DNA of 64,000 nt, taken from Candidatus Omnitrophota bacterium (GTDB lineage: Bacteria; Omnitrophota; Gorgyraeia; JAZDFF01). The DNA is taken from assembly GCA_043808095.1 (NCBI GenBank), contig JAZDFF010000020.1, forward strand, positions 26,624 through 90,623, read 5' to 3'. Of this stretch, positions 56,754 to 64,000 are shown piece by piece. Below the pieces are notes generated by a model. That model was not told the origin of the DNA, did not search any database, and was given only the letters and a program-made list of their open reading frames with translations. Position 1 is the stretch's first letter; each line of letters starts with the position of its first letter. The translations under genes were made by a program, and so were the position numbers.

Positions 56754-57701
56754 TTGAAATTAGGCAAAATTTATGATTTCGTGGTTAGGCAAGGGATGGA
56801 ACAGGACCCTCGAGGGAAAAAGGTTCTTGAGGATAAACTAGAGGCCCTGGTAAAAGAATATAATGAATCTAAGGATAAGGAGAGTTTTGATGTTGATAGC
56901 CTCTCAAATCCTTATGCCGATACCCGGATTCTTTACGGAGATAAAAACAGCGAGATAAAAAATATCTTAGTGGGGATAGACATCGAAGTCGCCGAGATCT
57001 TGCTTGCGGACAGGCTCCGGCAGGATAAAAAGAAAATCGATTTAATTATCTCGCATCATCCCTCGGGCAAGGCCCTGGCCAGCCTTTATCAAGTAATGGA
57101 TGTGCAGGTTGATCTTTTAGAAAGAGTGGGGATGCCGGTAAATTTTGCCCAGTCTCTAATGGATGAGCGCATAGATGAAGTGAAGCGGCGTTTCCTCAGT
57201 GTTAATCATATGCGCTCACCCGATGCGGCAAAATTATTGGACATTCCTTTTATGTGCGCACATACGCCCGCAGACAACTTTGCTTATCATTTTGTAACCA
57301 AGTTGCTGGAAAAAGAAAAACCCGCTACTTTAGCCGACATAGTGTCTTTATTAAAAAAGGTTCCCGAATATAAAGAGGCAGAGCAAAACAATTGCGGCCC
57401 TAGGATAATCTTGGGCAGTCCTAAGGCTAAAGCCGGTAAAATTATAGTTGATATGACCGGAGGTACAGAGGGCTCCAAAGACATATTTGAAAGGTTGTCC
57501 CAATTGGGGGTCAGTACGATTGTGGCCATGCATCTTAGCGAAGAGCACTTTAAGAAGGCCAAGGATGCCCGTATCAATGCCGTGATTGCAGGCCATATCT
57601 CATCCGATACCTTAGGGCTGAACTTGTTGTTTGACCGCCTGGAAAAACTCCAGGATTTTAAATTAATAAGTTGTTCTGGTTTTAGAAGGATAAAAAGGTA
57701 A
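56754..57701 (+). CDS. NIF3-like (NGG1p interacting factor) dinuclear metal-binding protein
   Basis: NPYADTRIL, SHHP, HTPADN, DMTGGTEG and AGHISSD motifs. Confidence 0.88.
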   Translation: MKLGKIYDFVVRQGMEQDPRGKKVLEDKLEALVKEYNESKDKESFDVDSLSNPYADTRILYGDKNSEIKNILVGIDIEVAEILLADRLRQDKKKIDLIISHHPSGKALASLYQVMDVQVDLLERVGMPVNFAQSLMDERIDEVKRRFLSVNHMRSPDAAKLLDIPFMCAHTPADNFAYHFVTKLLEKEKPATLADIVSLLKKVPEYKEAEQNNCGPRIILGSPKAKAGKIIVDMTGGTEGSKDIFERLSQLGVSTIVAMHLSEEHFKKAKDARINAVIAGHISSDTLGLNLLFDRLEKLQDFKLISCSGFRRIKR

Positions 57702-57910
57702 CCGCAAAGAACGCAGAAGTAAGTAGCGATTAAAAACACCGCAAAGTCCGCAAAGGATAAAATTTGGCGGTTTTCCCGTTCTGCATTTTACAACGAGACG
57801 GGATCCCGCTACGGCGGGAAGCGGTGTAAGTATCTAAAGGCTGATTTTGCGTTTTTCCCGCTCTGTGTTTTCCGAGGAGGCGGGATCCCGCTGATGGGCG
57901 GGAAGCGATT
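57701..57910. repeat. CGCAAA-family element carrying two TCCCG double-hairpin inserts (57774-57819, 57856-57903)
   Basis: ttggcggttt[tcccg..cgggatcccg..cggga]agcgg and ttgcgtttt[tcccg..cgggatcccg..cggga]agcga. Confidence 0.85.
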
Positions 57911-57921
57911 AAAAAAGATAA

Positions 57922-59715
57922 ATGTCGCTCACATCCCAGGATATTATTGATAGGATAATTGAAGGTACTGATATCGTTTTGCTTATTTCAGGCTATATCC
58001 CGCTTAAACGTGCCGGCAGGAATTTTAAGGCCCTTTGTCCTTTCCATCACGAGAAGACATCTTCTTTTATTGTCAGTCCTGAAAAGCAGATTTATCATTG
58101 TTTTGGCTGTGCTGCAGGCGGAAATGCAATTAATTTTCTCATGCGCTATGAGCATCTTGAGTTTAGAGAGGCACTTGAAATATTAGCCAAGGGTGCGGGG
58201 ATAAGCCTGCCACGTTATTCTGATGGTGAGTCAAAAGAGGGCAGCAGTCTTAAGTTCAAACTCTATAAAGTAATCGAGATGGCGGCTAATTTCTACCATC
58301 AATTTCTTTTGAACTCTGCTTCAGCAAAGCCAGCCAGAGATTATCTGGCTAAACGTTCAGTTAAAAATGAGACAATTAAGAAATTTAAACTTGGTTTTGC
58401 CGTTGATTCAAAGACAGCAGTCATGCAGTATCTGCGTAGTCAGAATATAAGTTTGGATTTGATTGAAAAAGCTGGTCTCGCTATTTCTGGGCAGGCGGGT
58501 CTTTATGATCGTTTTCGCAGCAGATTGACATTCCCGATTTTTGACATAAAAGAGCGGCCCATTGCCTTCGGGGGAAGATTATTGAGTCAGGATAAAACTT
58601 CTGATAGCGAATTAGCCAAGTATATAAATTGCCCCGAGACGCCGATTTACAGTAAAGGCAGAAATCTTTATGGGCTTAATTTTGCTAAAGATTCAATAAA
58701 AGAAGCTGATTGTGCCATTATTGTCGAGGGCTATTTTGATTTTATTCTTCCCTTTCAAGAAGGCCAAAATAATATTGTTGCATCTTCGGGCACAGCCCTG
58801 ACCGAGGAACAGATTAGGCTTATAAAAAGATTTACGGAAAATGTAATCATGGTTTTTGACGCCGATAAAGCCGGTGAATCAGCTACCTTAAGGAGTCTGG
58901 ATATGTTTATAGAAGAAGGTATTAACTTAAAGGTAGCCAGTTTAGCCGAAGGCTTCGATCCTGACTCTTTTGTACGCAAATTTGGCATTGAAGGTTTTAG
59001 GACTAAATGCTTAAATTGCGCCCAAAATATATTTGACTATAAGTTATGTTTAATGCAAAGAAGACATAACGCTAGGGATATAGAAGCTAAGGCAGCCATA
59101 GTTAGAGAGATGATTAACACCATCAATAAATTTAATAATGAAGTCTTGCGCTCGAATTATTTAAAAAAATTAGCTCAGATTTTGGAGATATCGGAGGAGT
59201 CGGTTGTCATAGAGGCAAAAAGGGCAAAGTCCTCAGAGGGAAAGTATAACCGTCTTACTCAAAAGCCGTCTTTTTTAAAAGACCCGTCAAGTGCAAGGCC
59301 AGTGGAAAAATTGCTATTACAGTTAATGCTTGAGGATGCGGCTTTTATTTCTAGGACCAGGCAACATCTTGAAGTTTCTGATTTTCAAAGTGAACATATA
59401 AAGAAGATTGTAGGGATTCTTTTTGATTGCGATTCAAAAGGAATACAGACATCCACGCATAAACTTATGAGTTTATTTTCTGACGAGAGGATTAATTCGA
59501 TGTTGGCAGAATTATCTACCCATGTCTTTGGCGAACCTTTGAGTTCTGATAAAGAAAGGATTGTAGATGATTGCATATTACGCATAACAAAAGAAAAGTC
59601 TAAGTTAAATAAATCCCGCCTGCATCAAGAAATCAAAAGGGCCCAGGATTCGGGTGATAGCCAGCGTCTAGATGAATTGGTCATCGAATATAACCGCATA
59701 ATTAAAGAAGGATAA
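57922..59715 (+). CDS. dnaG: DNA primase
   Basis: [12 protein letters not shown] zinc finger, [28 protein letters not shown] and DPD motifs. Confidence 0.97.
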   Translation: MSLTSQDIIDRIIEGTDIVLLISGYIPLKRAGRNFKALCPFHHEKTSSFIVSPEKQIYHCFGCAAGGNAINFLMRYEHLEFREALEILAKGAGISLPRYSDGESKEGSSLKFKLYKVIEMAANFYHQFLLNSASAKPARDYLAKRSVKNETIKKFKLGFAVDSKTAVMQYLRSQNISLDLIEKAGLAISGQAGLYDRFRSRLTFPIFDIKERPIAFGGRLLSQDKTSDSELAKYINCPETPIYSKGRNLYGLNFAKDSIKEADCAIIVEGYFDFILPFQEGQNNIVASSGTALTEEQIRLIKRFTENVIMVFDADKAGESATLRSLDMFIEEGINLKVASLAEGFDPDSFVRKFGIEGFRTKCLNCAQNIFDYKLCLMQRRHNARDIEAKAAIVREMINTINKFNNEVLRSNYLKKLAQILEISEESVVIEAKRAKSSEGKYNRLTQKPSFLKDPSSARPVEKLLLQLMLEDAAFISRTRQHLEVSDFQSEHIKKIVGILFDCDSKGIQTSTHKLMSLFSDERINSMLAELSTHVFGEPLSSDKERIVDDCILRITKEKSKLNKSRLHQEIKRAQDSGDSQRLDELVIEYNRIIKEG

Positions 59716-59719
59716 CCAC

Positions 59720-61282
59720 ATGCATAAGATTGTTTTAGAAAAAGATATAGATAGGCTTATTGCCTTGGGCAAGCAAAAAGGCTATCTAACCTATGATGAG
59801 GTTAATGATCTTCTTCCGGAAGAAGTAGTCTCCTCTGATGAGATTGATAGGGTCATTGAGTTATTGGACGAAGAAGACATCCAGATATTAGATATAGATA
59901 AAAACGACGAGCAGGCAAAGGCAGATCTTCATACTAAAGTCCAGGAACAAAAGGTTATTGAGAAAGAAGAGAAATATATCCCACTAGATGACCCGGTTAA
60001 GATGTATCTAAAACAGATGGGCCATATTTCATTATTATCACGTACTGATGAGATAGAGCTCGCCAAGAAGATCGAAGAGGCTGAATTAAGATTTAAGGAA
60101 ATAGTTTTTAGCCTAAACTTCTCCAGAAAAGCATCTCTAAAAATTATAAATTTGATCAATGAAAAAAAACTGAATTTAGAGGATATCGCTAAAGAAGACC
60201 CTAATATTAGAAGGTCGGTGGTGATTCGCAAAATCAACCGGCTTGCCGACAGGCTCCGACATTCAAGGAATCGAGAAAAGAGCCTCGAAATTCTCCTGGG
60301 ATTTAATTTGTATACTTCTATAGTTGAGGATATTATTGCTAAGTTCTTAGGATTGCTTAAAGAGATTGATAATATTGAAAAAGAAATATTAAGATTCTCA
60401 ATGCGTAAATCCAGAGGCGGGATTAACAAGTTAAAGGCAAAAAAGCGCCGTCTCTTGTCCCAGCTAGAGGAGAAAAATTTAAGCAGGTTAAAAGATATTG
60501 TTAAACTAATTAAAGTAAGATACTCTAAGTTTAACCGCGCCAAAAAAGCCCTGGTAGAGGCAAACCTCAGGCTCGTAGTAAGTATCGCCAAGAAATATAC
60601 TAATCGCGGTCTATCTTTTTTGGATTTGATTCAGGAAGGTAATATCGGCCTGATGCGTGCGGTAGAGAAATTTGAATACCGGCGGGGTTATAAGTTTTCT
60701 ACTTATGCTACCTGGTGGATCCGTCAGGCCATAACCCGTTCGATCGCCGATCAGGCCAGGACTATCCGTATCCCTGTGCATATGACCGAGACCATCAATA
60801 AGATTATTCGGGTTTCGCGCATCTTTGTCCAGGAAAAAGGAAGAGAACCTACTGCTGAGGAGATTGCCAAAGAAATTAGGATGCCTCAGGACAAGGTTAA
60901 ATCTATCTTAAAACTTGCCCAGGCGCCCATAAGTCTGCAGACTCCTATCGGAGATGAAGGAGATACGCACTTCGGAGATTTTATTGAAGACAAAAAGGCA
61001 GTTTCTCCCGCTAATACCACTGTGCATTCGATATTGCGTGAAGAAATGAAGGGTATCCTTGATACACTAACCGATCGCGAGAAGAAGATTTTGATTTTGC
61101 GCTTCGGTATAGGCGATGGATGTACTCGAACACTTGAAGAAGTAGGCAACATCTTTAAGGTGACGCGCGAAAGAGTCCGTCAGATTGAGGCTAAGGCCTT
61201 GAGAAAACTAAGGCATCCGACGCGTTCCAGAAGGCTGCGCACATTCTTGGATAATGCCCTTATCCAGGCCAGGGAGTATTAA
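59720..61282 (+). CDS. rpoD: RNA polymerase primary sigma factor
   Basis: Region 1.1 ([10 protein letters not shown]), [35 protein letters not shown] and TRERVRQIE motifs. Confidence 0.97.
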   Translation: MHKIVLEKDIDRLIALGKQKGYLTYDEVNDLLPEEVVSSDEIDRVIELLDEEDIQILDIDKNDEQAKADLHTKVQEQKVIEKEEKYIPLDDPVKMYLKQMGHISLLSRTDEIELAKKIEEAELRFKEIVFSLNFSRKASLKIINLINEKKLNLEDIAKEDPNIRRSVVIRKINRLADRLRHSRNREKSLEILLGFNLYTSIVEDIIAKFLGLLKEIDNIEKEILRFSMRKSRGGINKLKAKKRRLLSQLEEKNLSRLKDIVKLIKVRYSKFNRAKKALVEANLRLVVSIAKKYTNRGLSFLDLIQEGNIGLMRAVEKFEYRRGYKFSTYATWWIRQAITRSIADQARTIRIPVHMTETINKIIRVSRIFVQEKGREPTAEEIAKEIRMPQDKVKSILKLAQAPISLQTPIGDEGDTHFGDFIEDKKAVSPANTTVHSILREEMKGILDTLTDREKKILILRFGIGDGCTRTLEEVGNIFKVTRERVRQIEAKALRKLRHPTRSRRLRTFLDNALIQAREY

Positions 61283-61315
61283 AGGCTGTTTATATTAAAA
61301 AATAATGGCTCATTG

Positions 61316-61350
61316 AGGGTAGTTTGAATAAAAAAACTACCCTTTTTTTT
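61316..61350 (+). terminator. Intrinsic terminator after rpoD
   Basis: agggtagttt..aaactaccct followed by a T-run. Confidence 0.8.
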
Positions 61351-61371
61351 ATTTTATGATAAAATTATCCT

Positions 61372-61773
61372 ATGAAATTAAGATACTGGGGGCCGTTGGT
61401 TTGCCTTCAATTATGTTTAGGCTGTGCTATTGTTAAAGGGCCGATAAGTAATAAGCCATATTATTCATTAGAAAACCCAGATTATAAAAAAGAGCTTCTC
61501 GAATTTAAAAGAGGGGATTATGTCAGGAGGCATCCGGGATTACGGGCTGATATCAGAGCCAGCATTTTAAATGGCCAGATTGTTTTGGGGATGAATCAAG
61601 AACAGGTAAAGGCAAGTTTGGGTGAGCCTTCTCAAGTTTATCGTTCGGTCAGCGGTAATATCATAAATGAGCAGTGGGTATATGAACCGGATGTTGACAA
61701 GACAGAAGCAGAATTTGCGCGTTCAAGGATTCTGTATTTTGATAACGGAATATTGAAGAGCTGCCAGGATTAA
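61372..61773 (+). CDS. Putative lipoprotein with a SmpA/BamE-like domain
   Basis: LGC lipobox; GMNQEQVKASLGEP..EQWVY..LYFDNG pattern. Confidence 0.75.
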   Translation: MKLRYWGPLVCLQLCLGCAIVKGPISNKPYYSLENPDYKKELLEFKRGDYVRRHPGLRADIRASILNGQIVLGMNQEQVKASLGEPSQVYRSVSGNIINEQWVYEPDVDKTEAEFARSRILYFDNGILKSCQD

Positions 61774-61828
61774 GGTTTTTTAAAGGCCTAATAGTTATAG
61801 GCTGGGGTTAAAAGCACAAGAGGGGGTA

Positions 61829-62806
61829 ATGAAAGCAATAATTATAATAGCCGGTATTATTTTGGTAATTTCTTCGGTTGTATTTGCTCAGGATCAAAAA
61901 ATAGTAAATAAAGTTTTAGATCAAATAGAAGAGACAGGCAGCGCTACGGAGGCCACACAAACTAACAATCTCCAAGAGATAACCGGGATAAGCCAAGAAA
62001 TGATTGAGTATTACAACCGGTCTAATCAGCCGGATGAAGTTAGTGCTCCAAGGCAAGGAATGGGGATAGTCCCTGAGGCTAACTATAGCTTTGAAATCGG
62101 TCCCGAGGTTTCTATCTTTCATTATGAAGAACCTCCGATTTCGGTAAAATGGGATGGCATTTTATCCGGGTTTTACGCGGGAATAACCGGGCGCTCTCCC
62201 AGAAATTTAGTGGGCCGCATTGAAAGTCAGTATCTATACGGAAGGGTTGATTATGACGGCTCTTTAAATACCGGCGAAGCCTGGACGGATGAAGGTCCTG
62301 ATTATATTTTTGAGTTACGCGGCCTTATCGGGCGCGATTTTAAGATAAATACCTCGACGTTCACTCCCATTATCGGTATAGGTTATCGTTATTGGAATGA
62401 CAACTTAGAGTCTCAATATGCCTATGAGCGCGAAGTAAATTATGTCTATATCCCTTTGGGTTTTGAGATAAACAGCCCTTTCAATCGAAAAATGAATTGG
62501 GGCATTAAGGCCGAATATGATGTTTTTGCCATGGGTACTGTAAAAAGCCATCTCAGCGATGTCAATTCCAGTTTTGGCGATTTAAAGAATGATCAAAATG
62601 ACGGGTTTGGCGTGCGGGCTTCAGTGTATCTCAAAAGCAATCTTAGCCAGAAATTCTCTTTTTCAGTAGAGCCGTTTATCCGCTATTGGGATATAGAACA
62701 ATCAAGCAATTCCGATCTTACCTATGCCGGAAGTATCGTAGGATATGGGTATGAACCGGCTAATGAAACCACGGAATATGGCGTTCGAGCGTCTTTGATG
62801 TGGTAG
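61829..62806 (+). CDS. Outer-membrane beta-barrel protein
   Basis: Signal peptide, amphipathic strands and a C-terminal aromatic residue (W). Confidence 0.8.
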   Translation: MKAIIIIAGIILVISSVVFAQDQKIVNKVLDQIEETGSATEATQTNNLQEITGISQEMIEYYNRSNQPDEVSAPRQGMGIVPEANYSFEIGPEVSIFHYEEPPISVKWDGILSGFYAGITGRSPRNLVGRIESQYLYGRVDYDGSLNTGEAWTDEGPDYIFELRGLIGRDFKINTSTFTPIIGIGYRYWNDNLESQYAYEREVNYVYIPLGFEINSPFNRKMNWGIKAEYDVFAMGTVKSHLSDVNSSFGDLKNDQNDGFGVRASVYLKSNLSQKFSFSVEPFIRYWDIEQSSNSDLTYAGSIVGYGYEPANETTEYGVRASLMW

Positions 62807-62877
62807 CCTGTGTTAGCTAAAAAGCAATAATTTTATAAATATTATAAATAGAGAACTATAATTATGGCGGAGGGACG

Positions 62878-63498
62878 ATGAAAAGACAATATATCTGGAT
62901 TATTGCGATAGTTGCGATAGTTACATTGGCCAGCTGGGGGATGTTTATGAATTTATTTCTGGACAGGAAAATCGCTCAATTTGCCAATCTCCTTGAGTCG
63001 CTCACCGGCCTTAAGGCAAATGAACAATTTACTTTTTCTGTTGACCGGGATGAATTTTTAAGAGGAAGACCCCGGCTTAAGAAAATGAACATAAAGCTGT
63101 CCAAGTTACTGGTTATCCAGAAAGAGAACGGAGAATTCGACATAAAATCACTCGAGGACGATTTAAATAAATTGCCCAAGATGTCAATAGATGAGCTGAG
63201 GCTTCAGGTGGAAAAAGTCACCTTTATTAAATACGGCAAGGGGAAAGTCCCGTCGGTAAAAGAATTTGATGTCAATATAAATAAAAGATATCTGGCTGTA
63301 GAAAATCCGGTTTCTTTGGTTAATATTATTCTTTTCGGATCTCTGCCAGGTACGACTATTCAGCAGGATACGGGGTTAGATCCTGGTGACTTGCCGGGTG
63401 GGGATGTGCCAGGAGAAAATATTCCTCCGGGCGGCGATGAACCTCCGGGCGGCGGCGATGAACCTCCGGGCGGACACAGTTTTAAGGATAGATGCTAA
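62878..63498 (+). CDS. Membrane-anchored hypothetical protein (AsmA-like fragment) with a Pro/Gly repeat tail
   Basis: N-terminal TM; PPGGDE repeats encoded at 63424-63474; the AsmA similarity is tentative. Confidence 0.6.
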   Translation: MKRQYIWIIAIVAIVTLASWGMFMNLFLDRKIAQFANLLESLTGLKANEQFTFSVDRDEFLRGRPRLKKMNIKLSKLLVIQKENGEFDIKSLEDDLNKLPKMSIDELRLQVEKVTFIKYGKGKVPSVKEFDVNINKRYLAVENPVSLVNIILFGSLPGTTIQQDTGLDPGDLPGGDVPGENIPPGGDEPPGGGDEPPGGHSFKDRC

Positions 63499-64000
63499 AA
63501 AAAATTAGTTACCAGAAACCTAATTGTGGTTTTAAAGGAGGTTTTACCTTAGTTGAATTAGTTGTAGTGGTGGCGATTTTAGGAATTTTGGCTGCGGCTG
63601 CAGTTGTGCTCGTGGCTAATATAAGTCAGAAGGCCAGGGAAGCCAAGCTAAAGGGTATTCTCGGCGCGACAAGAGAGGCTATTAATTTACACCGCTCTCA
63701 CAATCTTTTAGACGACGCTACTGCAGATTGGGGAGGTAGAGCTAGGCATAATTTTTATCCTACGCTTGAAGAGATGCAGGCTTCTCGTGAGGACAGCACT
63801 GTTGATAATTCCATTTTTCAGACCGTAATGCCCCAAAATCCACTTAAGGAAAATTCTAATTGTGTAATTGACGACGTCCAACCTGAAATTACCTGCCGAA
63901 ATAGGATTTGTAGTGCATGCCCGAGCGCGGCACATACCTGTAGTGGTGGTAATTGTGGTTCATGTCTTGCTAAAGGAACTACTTGCAGTGAATGGGAAGA
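63492..64000 (+). CDS. Type IV pilin-like protein, Cys-rich, runs off the window (absent from the ORF track)
   Basis: MLKKISYQKPNCGFKGG|FTLVELVVVVAILGILAAAAV...; the frame is open to the window end. Confidence 0.88.
   Translation, partial: MLKKISYQKPNCGFKGGFTLVELVVVVAILGILAAAAVVLVANISQKAREAKLKGILGATREAINLHRSHNLLDDATADWGGRARHNFYPTLEEMQASREDSTVDNSIFQTVMPQNPLKENSNCVIDDVQPEITCRNRICSACPSAAHTCSGGNCGSCLAKGTTCSEWE

Noticed and set aside
645-57910. CRISPR array interpretation of the repeats
   Set aside because: There are no constant 25-40-bp repeats with unique, similarly sized spacers, and no cas genes.
63424-63474. PPGGDE coding repeat as part of the element system
   Set aside because: It is a simple in-frame 18/21-bp tandem duplication without inverted arms, consistent with ordinary slippage.
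919-63935. Minus-strand ORFs in the track (e.g. 1942-2721, 59929-60591, 16687-16920, 50082-50306)
   Set aside because: They are antisense shadows of well-supported + strand genes or translations of repeat elements, with no recognisable motifs.

Overview
A 64-kb core-chromosome segment of a diderm bacterium. Gene content suggests Candidatus Omnitrophota/PVC, which is an inference. All ~55 credible genes lie on the + strand, in this order: fatty-acid synthesis (fabD-fabG-acpP-fabF), leuCD-hyp-leuB-asd-truA, rplM-rpsI, argCJBDFGH, lysA-dapF-dapA-dapB-dapL, folK-panC-nadX, a GT-C/GT2 glycosylation cluster, uvrA, a TPR protein, a type IV pilus/T2SS-like cluster with several pilins, tRNA-Ala(CGC), an apparently exported AmmeMemoRadiSam locus, rsmE-mtaB, cvpA, nif3, dnaG-rpoD and outer-membrane genes. 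The unusual signal is non-coding. Most intergenic gaps over ~60 bp hold small structured elements from several recurring families: (i) inverted arrays of 7-10-bp periodic units, (ii) tandem double hairpins TCC(C)G..CGG(G)A/TCC(C)G..CGG(G)A, (iii) CCTGCC..GGCAGG palindromes, (iv) stem-GAG-loop-CGA-stem hairpins, and (v) a multi-hairpin ATGA...TCAT scaffold. They nest inside one another, filled and empty sites are both visible, and they occur in-frame inside core genes (dapA, truA, asd, leuC, dapF) and in cleavable leader peptides of pilus and exported proteins. No transposase or integrase is encoded in the window.
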